Below, in pieces: positions 1-13,204 of a stretch of DNA of 64,000 nucleotides; within the stretch, counting starts at the first letter, position 1; each line of letters starts with the position of its first letter. The notes beneath the pieces are model-generated. The model made no database searches. It saw only the letters and a list, made by a program, of their open reading frames with translations, and was not told the origin of the DNA. This DNA is from Eledone cirrhosa (lineage: Eukaryota): assembly GCA_964016885.1 (NCBI GenBank), contig OZ024741.1, forward strand, positions 15,748,001 to 15,812,000, read 5' to 3'. Made by a program: the position numbers and the translations under genes.

Positions 1-3000
1 ACAATAACACCAAATACCACAAGAGTAACAATAACAATAACACCAAATACCACAACAGTAACACTAACAATAACACCAAATACCACAACAGTAATACTAA
101 CAATAACACCAAATACCACTACAGTAACACTAACAATAACACCAAATACCACAACAGTAACACTAACAATAACACCAAATACCACAACAGTAATACTAAC
201 AATAACACCAAATACCACTACAGTAACACTAACAATAACACCAAATACCACAACAGTAACACTAACAATATCACCAAATACCACAACAGTAACACTAACA
301 ATAACACCAAATACCACAACAGTAACACTAACAATATCACCAAATACCACTACAGTAACACTAACAATAACACCAAATACCACAACAGTAACACTAACAA
401 TAACACCAAATACCACAACGGTAACACTAACAATAACACCAAATACCACAACAGTAACACTAACAATAACACCAAATACCACTACAGTAACACTAACAAT
501 AACACCAAATACCACAACAGTAACACTAACAATATCACCAAATACCACTACAGTAACACTAACAATAACACCAAATACCACTACAGTAACACTAACAATA
601 TCACCAAATACCACAACAGTAACACTAACAATAACACCAAATACCACAACAGTAACACAAACAATAACACCAAATACCACAACAGTAACACTAACAATTA
701 CACCAAATACCACAACAGTAACACTAACAATGACACCAAATACTACAACAGTAACACTAACAATTACACCAAATACCACAACAGTAACACTAACACTAAC
801 ACCAAATACCACAACAGTAACACTAACAATAACACCAAATACCACAACAGTAACACTAACAATAACACTAAATACCACAACAGTAATACTAACAATAATA
901 CCAAATACCACAACAGTAACACTAACAATTACACCAAATACCACAACAGTAACACTAACACTAACACCAAATACCACAACAGTAACACTAACAATAACAC
1001 CAGATACCACAACAGTAACACTAACAATAACACCAAATACCACAACAGTAACACTAACAATTACACCAAATACCACAACAGTAACACTAACACTAACACC
1101 AAATACCACAACAGTAACACTAACAATAACACCAAATACCACAACAGTAACACTAACAATAACACCAAATACCACAACAGTAATACTAACAATAACACCA
1201 AATACCACAACAGTAACACTAACAATAACACCAAATACCACAACAGTAACACTAACAATAACACCAAATACCACAACAGTAACACTAACAATAACACCAA
1301 ATACCACAACAGTAACACTAACAATAACACCAAATACCACAACAGTAACACTAACAATGACACCAAATACTACAACAGTAACACTAACAATTACACCAAA
1401 TACCACAACAGTAACACTAACACTAACACCAAATACCAAAACAGTAACACTAACAATAACACCAAATACCACAACAGTAACACTAACAATAACACTAAAT
1501 ACCACAACAGTAATACTAACAATAATACCAAATACCGCAACAGTAACACTAACAATTACACCAAATACCACAACAGTAACACTAACAATAACACCAAATA
1601 CCACAACAGTAACACTAACAATTACACCAAATACCACAACAGTAACACTAACACTAACACCAAATACCACAACAGTAACACTAACAATATCACCAAATAC
1701 CACAACAGTAACACTAACAATAACACCAAATACCACAACAGTAATACTAACAATAACACCAAATACCACAACAGTAACACTAACAATTACACCAAATACC
1801 ACAACAGTAACACTAACAATAACACCAAATACCACAACAGTAACACTAACAATATCACCAAATACCACAACAGTAACACTAACAATAACACCAAATACCA
1901 CAACAGTAACACTAACAATAACACCAAATACCACAACAGTAACACTAACAATATCACCAAATACCACAACAGTAACACTAACAATATCACCAAATACCAC
2001 AACAGTAACACTAACAATAACACCAAATACCACAACAGTAATACTAACAATAACACCAAATACCACAACAGTAACACTAACAATAACACCAAATACCACA
2101 ACAGTAACACTAACAATAACACCAAATACCACAACAGTAACACTAACAATTACACCAAATACCACAACAGTAACACTAACAATATCACCAAATACCACAA
2201 CAGTAACACTAACAATAACACCAAATACCACAACAGTAACAATAACAATAACACCAAATACCACAACAGTAACACTAACAATAACACCAAATACCACAAC
2301 AGTAATACTAACAATAACACCAAATACCACAACAGTAACACTAACAATTACACCAAATACCACAACAGTAACACTAACAATATCACCAAATACCACAACA
2401 GTAACACTAACAATAACACCAAATACCACAACAGTAACAATAACAATAACACCAAATACCACAACAGTAACACTAACAATAACACCAAATACCACAACAG
2501 TAACACTAACAATTACACCAAATACCACAACAGTAACACTAACAATATCACCAAATACCACAACAGTAACACTAACAATAACACCAAATACCACAACAGT
2601 AACAATAACAATAACACCAAATACCACAACAGTAACACTAACAATAACACCAAATACCACAACAGTAATACTAACAATAACACCAAATACCACAACAGGA
2701 ACACTAACAATAACACCAAATACCACAACTGTAATACTAACAATTACACCAAATACCACAAAAGTAACACTAACAATAACACCAAATACCACAACAGTAA
2801 CACTAACAATATCACCAAATACCACAACAGTAACACTAACAATAACACCAAATACCACAACATTAACACTAACAATAACACAAAATACCACAACAGTAAC
2901 ACTAACAATAACACCAAATACCACAACAGTAACACTAACAATATCACCAAATACCACTACAGTAACACTAACAATAACACCAAATACCACAACAGTAACA

Positions 3001-3318
3001 CTAACAATAACACCAAATACCACTACAGTAATACTAACAATAACACCAAATACCACAACAGTAACACTAACCATAACACCAAATACCACTACAGTAACAA
3101 TAACAATAACACCAAATACCACTACAGTAACACTAACAATAACACCAAATACCACTACAGTAACAATAACAATAACACCAAATACCACTACAGTAACACT
3201 AACAATAACACCAAATACCACAACAGTAACACTAACAATAACACCAAATACCACTACAGTAACACTAACAATAACACCAAATACCACTACAGTAACACTA
3301 ACAATAACACCAAATACC
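1..3318 (+). repeat. 33-bp minisatellite (ACAATAACACCAAATACCACAACAGTAACACTA), about 100 units, continuing beyond the window start
   Basis: Unit read directly from the sequence; it encodes ITPNTTTVTLT in frame +1; no frameshift seen. Confidence 0.97.
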
Positions 3319-3339
3319 AGAAAAAGAAGGACCAAACGT
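1..3339 (+). CDS. Candidate mucin-like Thr-rich repeat exon (partial), ending ...TPNTRKRRTKR
   Basis: Frame +1 is open from base 1. Many unit variants are synonymous (ACA/ACT, ATA/ATT). Each unit has an N-T-T sequon. A consensus donor GTAAGT lies at 3340-3345 in phase 0, directly after an RxKR motif. Confidence 0.45.
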
Positions 3340-3692
3340 GTAAGTCCCTCAACTTCACTAGGTCCTCAAATCACACGCTGTCGGTTAAAGAAAGCCGAAC
3401 ACATTGGATAACACGTTGTCGTTCCAAGTTCACAGTGTTTGTAATATAGATGCGAGTTTCTATGTGCAAAGACATGACTAAACTGTTGATAGAGGTACTG
3501 GGATCCTTTTATATACACTTATTAATAGGTTGTTAGGGGGTGGGGGAGTAGGTAAAAGAATAACTATCGATTTTCATTTAAAGACCACATAATATATATA
3601 TATAATAGGGGGCGCTAAGGACAGAGACAATGGAAAAAACAACGGAAAAACGTTCAGTCCCATCTCCTCAGACAAGCCCTGGGAATCCCTAC

Positions 3693-3694
3693 GG

Positions 3695-3746
<52 letters not shown>

Positions 3747-3827
3747 ATGTATGCATGTATATGTGTTTGTGGAGGTGTATATCGTACGTGGTGTATTTGT
3801 GCGGGCATATGTCTATGTCTATATGAA

Positions 3828-3877
<50 letters not shown>

Positions 3878-3917
3878 CATATATATATATACATATATAT
3901 GTGTGTGTGTGTGTGTA

Positions 3918-3989
<72 letters not shown>

Positions 3990-3990
3990 C
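3693..3990. repeat. Compound (TA)n/(TG)n microsatellite
   Basis: Seen directly. Confidence 0.95.
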
Positions 3991-3993
3991 CAG

Positions 3994-4026
3994 TTTCTAT
4001 TTGAAGATGTCTTGTTGATCATAGAT
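3994..4026 (+). CDS. Possible 33-nt phase 0-0 micro-exon (FLFEDVLLIID)
   Basis: CAG at 3991-3993 and GTATGT at 4027; the phase matches the donor at 3340; the polypyrimidine tract is poor. Confidence 0.22.
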
Positions 4027-4505
4027 GTATGTAATTGATGAGTTGTCAGAAAACTCTGGTCATTTTGGCATCAGTCAAAGACAAATGCCACAGACAATAA
4101 CAACAACAACAACCAAGGCAGCAGCAACAAAAGCAACAACAGAAACAACAACAACAACCAAGGCAGCAGCAACAAAGGCAAAAACAATAATGAACAACCT
4201 AACAATAAAATTACTGTCAACAAAAAAAACAGAAAAAGAAATCTAAGAAATCTAAGAAGAAAATATAAATCTAAGAAAAAAAGCTAACTTAGATGTAAGA
4301 GACGTAATTAAGCATAAAAAACTTAATGATGTATCATCCCAATCTGTTAATGACATATTTAGAGGAGAAATATATATAGAGGAATGAAGTGAGGATATTA
4401 TATACATATATGATGGCTGCCACCTCCTTATCGAGTATGACATACATACATACATACATACATATATACATACATACATACATACATACATACATACATA
4501 CATAC

Positions 4506-4536
<31 letters not shown>

Positions 4537-4693
4537 CATACATACATACTTACGTGCATACATACATACATACTTACATACATACATACACACATACATA
4601 CATACATACATACATACATACATACATACATACATACATACTTACATACATACATACATACATACATATATACATACATACATACATACATAC

Positions 4694-4724
<31 letters not shown>

Positions 4725-4895
4725 CATACATACTTACGTGCATACATACATACATACTTACATACATACATACACACATACATACATACATACATACATA
4801 CATACATACATACATACATACATACATACATACTTACATACATACATACATACATACTTACATACATACACACATACATACATACTTACATACAT

Positions 4896-5351
4896 GGTGG
4901 CTGCCAACTCGTTTTCGAGTACGGCCACTACTTTATATCCATGTAGGAGAACCCCTACCGATGCGCTGAACGAGTATGACTTTTTAGTCCAGCCAGCGAC
5001 TTGAAAACTCTGGTACAAATACTACACTTGCGACAATTATTGACACATAGTGCTGGGCCCATGGTACCATGTGACGACAAGTGCTGAGAGATTTCCAGAT
5101 ATAAAGCAACGCCTGCGCCGTGAAGCTTTTATAGTGAGCAAAGGCACTGCACAAAGCCAGTCCCACTCTCTTAACCAAGATGATATTTACCAAAAAGAAG
5201 AACAAGTCAACATCATTGGATACCATCAGGGTTGCAGGTGTTATATCAGAGTTTTCCTTCTCCTAGAATTCTGCCTTGACAAAGGCTAAGGGGTCATCTC
5301 TCCCGGTGATTTTGGATGGCCATTCACACTTAAGAGCTTCTTTGCCCTTTG
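4896..5351 (+). mobile_element. Putative 5' leader of the R4/Dong-like element, copy 1 (3'-truncated)
   Basis: Starts GGTGGCTGCCAACTCGTTTTCGAGTACGGCCAC directly after (CATA)n; near-identical to four other copies; no recognisable coding content. Confidence 0.7.
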
Positions 5352-5405
5352 ACATACATACATACACACATACATACATACTTACATACATACATACATA
5401 CATAC

Positions 5406-5436
<31 letters not shown>

Positions 5437-5454
5437 CATACATACATACATACA

Positions 5455-5488
<34 letters not shown>

Positions 5489-5501
5489 CATACATACATA
5501 C

Positions 5502-6410
5502 AAAGAAATCGGAAGATCCTATTCAATGTTCAAACAAGATAAGAAAATTGACCAATTTACAGAAAAAGTTGTGCATGGATACTTGAGGCGTAAAACACAG
5601 ACCATAGAGGGGATAAACCACTCAAAAAGCCTGGCATGGAGTTCCGACAAGTTTATGACATCACACCTTGAGGGATATCTCTATGCAATACAGGAACAAG
5701 AACTCCCTACCAAATATCTGCTGCACAAAAGAGGAGGGCCAGCAGCTGACAATAAATGTAGGCTATGTAAAACAAAGATTGAGGATGTAAGCCACATTGT
5801 TGCCAGCTGCGAAAGAATGTCATCTCGCTACTACCTCCCCATGAGACACGATGGGATAGCTAGAACCATCTGGAACGCACTTCGGAAAACAAAATTAACA
5901 ACAAACGAGGAAGAATATATTGAGACAGATGGCACTAAGGAATACTGGTGGAACCTGAAAATAAAAACTGCCACCAAATTAAAGCACAACCGGCCTGATA
6001 TTGTAGTTTGGGACCACACATTGAAAACGTGTTCTGTTGTGGAGATCAGCTGCCCACTTGATGTAAACGTTGTCAGAAAAATACAGGAGAAGGAGGACAT
6101 CTACGGACCATTGATGACGAGTTTACAAATCCAGTATCCAAGATACACCTTTAGCTTCATACCCATCATTATTGGTGCTACGGGTTATATACCAACCCGC
6201 TTGGACCAAAGTATGACTGAACTTGGATTTGCGGACAAAAAGCGCAGCTCCCTAATTGATAGTCTGCAAATGACTGCGATAGCTGGCACCTTCAAAATTT
6301 GCAAAACATTCTCGCGATTCAAGGGATGACAATTTCTTTTCTTTTACAACCTTGCCACCAGGAAGGTGGCCGGTCAAAAAAATATACTCGAAATTAAGAG
6401 AAAGAGAAAA
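5502..6410 (+). mobile_element. 5'-truncated RLE non-LTR retrotransposon, family A (R4/Dong-like): CCHC knuckle, PD-(D/E)xK endonuclease and 3' UTR
   Basis: Motifs CRLCKTKIEDVSHIVASC, RHD and NRPDIVVWD...VVEISCP...EKEDIY; stop at 6329; short 3' UTR followed by (CATA)n. Confidence 0.92.
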
Positions 6411-6451
6411 CATACATACATACATACATACATACATACATACATACATAC

Positions 6452-6482
<31 letters not shown>

Positions 6483-6491
6483 CATACATAC

Positions 6492-6522
<31 letters not shown>

Positions 6523-6539
6523 CATACATACATACATAC

Positions 6540-6570
<31 letters not shown>

Positions 6571-6655
6571 CATACTTACATACATACATACATACTTACA
6601 TACATACATACTTACATATATATATACATACATACATACATACATACATACATAC

Positions 6656-6686
<31 letters not shown>

Positions 6687-6751
6687 CATACATAAATACT
6701 TACATACATACATACATACTTACATACTTACATACATACATACTTACATAC

Positions 6752-6782
<31 letters not shown>

Positions 6783-6819
6783 CATACATACATACATACA
6801 TACATTCATACATACATAC

Positions 6820-6850
<31 letters not shown>

Positions 6851-6877
6851 CTTACATACATACATACATATATATAT

Positions 6878-7463
6878 GGTGGTGGCTGCCAACTCGTTTT
6901 CGAGTACGGCCACTACTTTATATCCATGTAGGAGAACCCCTACCAATGCGCTGAACGAGTGTGACTTTTTAGTCCAGCCAGAGACTTGAAAACTCTGGTA
7001 CAAACACTACACTTGTGACAATTATTGACACATAGTGCTGGGCCCATGGTACCATGTGACGACAAGTGCAGAGAGATCTCCAGATATAAAGCAATGCCTG
7101 TGCTGTGAAGCTTTTATAGTGAGCAAAGGCACTGCACAAAGCCAGTCCCACTCTCTTAACCAAGATGATATTTACCAAAAAGAAGAACAATTCAGCATCA
7201 TTGGATACCATCAGGCTTGCAGGTGTTATATTAGAGTTTTCCTTCTCCTAGAATTCTGCTTTGACAAAGGCTAAGGGGTCATCTCTCCCGGTGATTTTGG
7301 ATGGCTATTTGACAGGTTTTGTTTTTAGTCCTGCAGGATTTCCAAAGCCACCCTCCTCACCAAGAAACCTTGGTGGGGTTGCCAGTTTAGTCGCCAACGA
7401 CCCGACCATGAGACAGATTGTACTGGGATACATGTTACCAATAGCACCAAGTGGTGACCTGAC
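6878..7463 (+). mobile_element. Putative 5' leader, copy 2 (longest)
   Basis: Same start as copy 1; different and longer sequence after GGATGGC (about 7306); ends in (CATA)n. Confidence 0.7.
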
Positions 7464-7593
7464 ACATACATATATACATACATACATACATACATACATA
7501 CTTACATACCTACATACATACATACATACTTACATATATACATACATACATACATACATACATACTTACATACTTACATACATACATACATAC

Positions 7594-7649
<56 letters not shown>

Positions 7650-7657
7650 TTACATAC

Positions 7658-7688
<31 letters not shown>

Positions 7689-7718
7689 CATACATACATA
7701 CATACTTACATACATACA

Positions 7719-7752
<34 letters not shown>

Positions 7753-7795
7753 CATACATACATACATACATACATACATACATACATACATACAT

Positions 7796-8246
7796 GGTGG
7801 CTGCCAACTCGTTTTCGAGTACGGCCACTACTTTATATCCATGTAGGAGGACCCCTACCGATGCGCTGAACGAGTGTGACTTTTCAGTCCGGCCAGCGAC
7901 TTGAAAACTTTGGTGCAAACACTACACATGTGACAATTATTGACACATAGTGCTGGGCCCATGGTACCATGTGACGACAAGTGCAGAGAGATCTCCAGAT
8001 ATAAAGCAATGCCTGTGCCGTGAAGTTTTTATAGTGAGCAAAGGCACTGCACAAAGCCAGTCCCACTCTCTTAACCAAGATGATATTTACCAAAAAGAAG
8101 AACAAGTCAACATCATTGGATATCATCAGGGTTGCAGGTGTGATATCAGAGTTTTCCTTCTCCTAGAATTCTGCCTTGACAAAGGCTAAGGGGTCATCTC
8201 TCCCGGTGATTTTGGATGGCCATTGATTCTTAAGAGCTCCTTTGCC
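7796..8246 (+). mobile_element. Putative 5' leader, copy 3
   Basis: Near-identical to copy 1; bounded by (CATA)n on both sides. Confidence 0.7.
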
Positions 8247-8395
8247 CATACATACATACATACTTACATACATACTTATATACATACATACATACATACA
8301 TACATACATACATACATACATGCATACATACATACATACATACATTCATACATACATACATACATACATACATACATACATACATACATACATAC

Positions 8396-9654
8396 AGACA
8401 ACATTTGAATGTTGCATCATATCTCTCCGACAACATCTACGAACCTCGAAGCGTAGGAGCCCGTTTCTCGAGCAAGTCTATCTGCATGAAACACATAAGA
8501 TCATGAGAGTTGGGAAGGAATTGCTCGAGAGATATTCCCTGTGTGATAATCAAAAACTCACACCCAGGGATGTCGCTCAGCAGTATCGCAGTGAATCCCA
8601 TGGATGAAAAACTGCAAGCCTGTCAGCAAAATATCATGCATGGATATGTTGCCAGGAAGCTCCAGAGTGAGAGTAATATAGATAAGGAAAGTAGTCTATC
8701 TTGGACCAACAACCGCTATATTGGCTCCCACTTTGAAGGATACGCTTTTGCAATCCAAGAACAGGAGATTAGCACGAAATACCTGATTCACAAAAGAGAT
8801 AGGGATGCAGGCAAACACCTAGATATGATAACAAGTGCAGACTCTGCAGAATAAACATCGAGGATATCACCCATGTCATCAGCAGCTGCCCAAAGATGTC
8901 ATCGTGGTACTATCTTCCTATAAGGCAAGATGTAGTGGCCAAAATACTGTACAATGCAGTTCGTAAAAAAGATAGCCCCGATAATAAACACATTAAAAGC
9001 TACAACAATGTGGAAGACATCCATGTACATAATATGAAAGATTACTGGTGGAATGTTCCAGTAAAAACCCCAATAAAATGCAGGCATAACAGACCAGATA
9101 TTATGATATGGGACAGGGAGAGGAAATCATGCACAGTAGTGGAAATTAGCTGCCCAGCAGATGCCAATATAATATCAAAGATTAGTGAAAAGGAGAATAT
9201 TTATGCAGAACTGATGAGAAATCTGCAGATACTCCACCCTGATTACACCTTCAGATTTATGCCTGTGATTATTGGGGCACTGGGATATGTTAGTAACTGC
9301 CTCAATACAAACCTTGAGAAGATGGGCTTCACAGGAACAGAAAGAACACAACTAGTTAGGAAATTACAAGTACAATCCATTAATGGAACAGTAAAAATTT
9401 GTAAAACATTCCAAAAATGTGGCATCTAATAACTGCATATATACATGTACAGATACAAAGCATATACACATGCGCACATACAACTCAAAACATACACATC
9501 CACACATACAATAACATCCATATCTACACATGCAGACATACATACATATCTACCTAGTTGATGTGTAAATTCCAATGAGAGAGTCTTGTGTCTGTGTTAG
9601 AAACCGACTCTCTCTCTATTGGTAAAACTTTGTGAAATTATAAAACCAGAAGAA
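8396..9654 (+). mobile_element. 5'-truncated RLE non-LTR retrotransposon, family B (frameshifted pseudo-ORF)
   Basis: Motifs MHGY, SHFEGYAFAIQEQEI, YWWN and HNRPDIMIWD...VVEISCP...EKENIY; homologous to but clearly diverged from family A; distinct 3' UTR of about 225 bp followed by (CATA)n. Confidence 0.9.
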
Positions 9655-9789
9655 CATACATACATACATACATACTTACATACTTACATACATACATTCA
9701 TAAATACATACATACATACATACTTACATACATACATACATATATATGTATGTATGTAAGTATGTATGTAAGTATGTATTGTTATATGT

Positions 9790-12691
9790 TTCAGCTGTCA
9801 CATTGCTATCATATAACACACATCTAAAACCACGCAATCAAGATACAAACAGAAAGTCTGAACCAGCGTGGATGCGAAATTTAAAAAGCAAAATTTTGTC
9901 CCTGAGACGAAGTATCTCACACATTGCAGTCGTTATGAAATGCAACATAGAGAGCAACTTCACACGACACCAGGAAGACCTAAAAAAAAAGTTAGTGAGA
10001 CGATTTGGAGATACAAAATTTAAAACTTTGAACTCCAAATTACACCAGTTGAAACAACAACTCACAGCTACAACAGAAAGACTAAAATATAAGTCAACAG
10101 CACATAACGACAAGTGCTAAATAGATTGTTTGCCAGAGATCCTAAATCAGTTTATCGCAGCTTCGGTGGCAAAAGCTCAATCTCTGTAAATGACACCCCT
10201 TCAAAAGAACAGGTTGAGAGCTACTGGAGATCTGTATGGGAAACGGATGACGGATTCAACAGACAAACTAAATGGCTAAAAGAACTGGAACAGGACTACT
10301 GCCAACATGTCCAGACAAAACAATATGACATAGATGGATCAATACTGGAAACAGCTCTACAGAAAATGTCGAATAGGAAATCGCCAGGCCCAGACCTCAT
10401 TACAGGATACTGGTTGAAGAATTTTACTTTCTATCGGCAAGATCTCATACGGCTGTTTACAGAAACCATTAAAGGCACACAAGAACTGCCCAGATGGTTA
10501 TCAACTGCCACTACTCTCCTCATTCCCCAAAATAGCCAAACCATCCTTGCTAAAAATTACCGCCCAATAGCCTGCCAAAACATCATGTATAAATGATATA
10601 CTGGGCGCCTTAACCTGTTCTTACAGGATCACTGTGCTACCAACAACATCATAACACCTGAGCAAGCTGGTGGAAAGAGGGAGGTGTGGGGTTGCATAGA
10701 TCACCTACTAACTAACAAAAGGATTCAGGAAAAAACAACAAAGAATCGCAGAAACATGACTGTGGTGTGGCTGGACTACCAAAAAGCATTTGATAGTGTA
10801 CCTCATGGGTGGATTATTAAGGCTTTACAGTTAGCCAAAGTCCCACAACCATTGGTAGCTGCTGTTGAACGCCTGACCAAGAACTGGTACACCAATTTTA
10901 TCCTTAGAGGTGAGAAGGAGCAAGTTAAGACTGATAAGATACATTACCAGAAGGGCATCTTTCAGGGTGATAGCTTGTCAGTGCTACTCTTCGTTCTCTC
11001 ACTGAATCCACTATCTTACCTACTCAGGAAACAAGGTGGACAAAGAAGTGGGTCCAGAAGTATCTCCCATCTTTTCTTTGTTGATGACCTGAAGTTGTAT
11101 GGCCCATATATCAATTACATCAAGAAACAATTGGACCTCATTACACAATTTTCAACCGACATCAAAATGAAATTTGGTGAGTCCAAGTGTGAATATTTGG
11201 CAGTAAAACGTGGAAGAGCTGTGCCCTCCTCTAGAAATCTAGAGATGAACGGCCTGACAATACAACCTCTACAATCAGGTGACAAATACAGATATCATGG
11301 ACAGGATGAGAATGTCAGATATGATGGACCCATAAATAAGGAGAGAACCAGAACTGAATACGTCAGAAGAGTAAAGAAAATATGGTCATCAGAACTGTCA
11401 GCGTACAACAAATACATTGCCCACAATACTTATGATGTGCCAATTCTAACGCCAACATTTGGCCTACTGAACTGGTCATTGCAAGAACTAAGTGAGATGG
11501 ATGTTAGAACTCGCAAACTTCTCAGTGTTACTGGGAACTTTAACATCAATGGTGATGTAGATAGGCTATACTTCCCACGCAAGGAAGGTGGCCGGGGTCT
11601 AAAATCAATATTAACAACATATGAGACCCGGATAGTAACACTGAAGCAACACCTTCAACAGAGGAAAAAGGTTGGCAACCATCTTGCCCAGGTTTATGAG
11701 CATGAAAAAAAAAATCATTACAATAGCGACTGATCTGGAGGAGAGATATGGAATAAAGCCTGATATAAATCTCTCACCCAGAGAAATCGGAAGATCCTAT
11801 TCAATGTTCAAACAAGATTAAAAAATTGATCAATTTACAGAAAAAGTTGTGCATGGATACTTAAGACGTAAAACACAGACCATAGAGGGGATAAACCACT
11901 CAAAAAGCCTGGCATGGAGTTCCGACAAGTTTATGACATCACACCTTGAGGGATATCTCTATGCAATACAGGAACAAGAACTCCCTACCAAATATCTGCT
12001 GCACAAAAGAGGAGGGCCAGCAGTTGACAATAAATGTAGGCTATGTAAAACAAAGATCAAGGGTGTAAGCCACATTGTTGCCAGCTGCGAAAGAATATCA
12101 TCTCGCTACTACCTCCCCATGAGACACGATGAGATAGCTAGAACCATATGGAACGCACTTCGGAAAACAAAATTAACAACAAACGAAGAAGAATATATTG
12201 AGACAGATGGCACTAAGGAATACCGGTGGAACCTGAAAATAAAAACTGCCACCAAATTAAAGCACAACCGGCCTGATATTGTTGTTTGGGACCACACATT
12301 GAAAACGTGTTCTGTTGTGGAGATCAGCTGCCCACTTGATGTAAACGTTGTCAGAAAAATACAGGAGAAGGAGGACATCTACGGACCATTGATGAGGAGT
12401 TAAACAAATCCAGTATCCAAGATACACCTTTAGCTTCATACCCATCATTATTGGAGCTACGGGTTATATACCAACCCGCTTGGACCAAAGTATGACTGAA
12501 CTTGGATTTGCGGACAAAAAGCGCAGCTCCCTAATTCATAGTCTACAAATGGATGCGATAGCTGGCACCTTCAAAATTTGCAAAACATTCTTGCGATTCA
12601 AGGGATGACAATTTCTTTTTTTTTACAACCTTGCCACCAGGAAGGTGGCCGGTCAAAAAAAAATATACTCGAAATGAAGAGAAAGAGATAA
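9790..12691 (+). mobile_element. Long 5'-truncated family A copy: reverse transcriptase, CCHC knuckle and RLE endonuclease (degenerate)
   Basis: Motifs PAWMRNL, KSPGPD, NYRPIAC, LDYQKAFDSVPH, GIFQGDSLS, SHLFFVDDLKLY, RKEGGRGL, CRLC...H...C and RPDIVVWD. Disrupted by a stop at 10594-10596 and frameshifts near 10115, 11710 and 12400. Confidence 0.95.
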
Positions 12692-12734
12692 CATACATAC
12701 ATACATACATACATACATACATACATACACACAT

Positions 12735-13137
12735 CGTGGCTGCCAACTCGTTTTCGAGTACGGCCACTACTTTATATCCGTGTAGGAGAACCCCTACCGA
12801 TGCGCTGAACGAGTGTGACTTTTTAGTCCAGCCAGCGACTTGAAAACTCTGGTACAAACACTACACTTGTGACAATTATTGACACATAGTGCTGGGCCCA
12901 TTGTACCATGTGACGACAAGTGCAGAGAGATCTCCAGATATAAAGCAATGCCTGTGCCGTGAAGCTTTTATAGTGAGCAAAGGCATTGCACAAAGCCAGT
13001 CCCACTCTCTTAACCAAGATGATATTTACCAAAAAGAAGAAAAAGTCAACATCATTGGATACCATCAGGGTTGCAGGTCTTATATCAGAGTTTTCCTTCT
13101 CCTAGAATTCTGCCTTGACAAAGGCTAAGTGGTTATC

Positions 13138-13138
<1 letters not shown>
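12735..13138 (+). mobile_element. Putative 5' leader, copy 4
   Basis: Follows the long family A copy after about 43 bp of (CATA)n; ends just after AAGGCTAAG. Confidence 0.7.
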
Positions 13139-13168
<30 letters not shown>

Positions 13169-13204
13169 CATACATACATACATACATACATACATACATA
13201 CATA

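Noticed and set aside
4025-4246. Short Thr/Ala/Lys-rich ORF
   Set aside because: Derived from (CAA)n low-complexity sequence with no splice support.
4896-4980. Canonical HDV-like ribozyme at the leader start
   Set aside because: P1-like and P2-like pairings and a CUGA linker exist, but there is no room for P3/L3/P1.1; kept only as an unclassified structure.
4984-5289. Recurrent 79-80 aa ORFs on both strands of the leader copies
   Set aside because: They recur only because the copies are near-identical; no domain motifs, and several use non-ATG starts.
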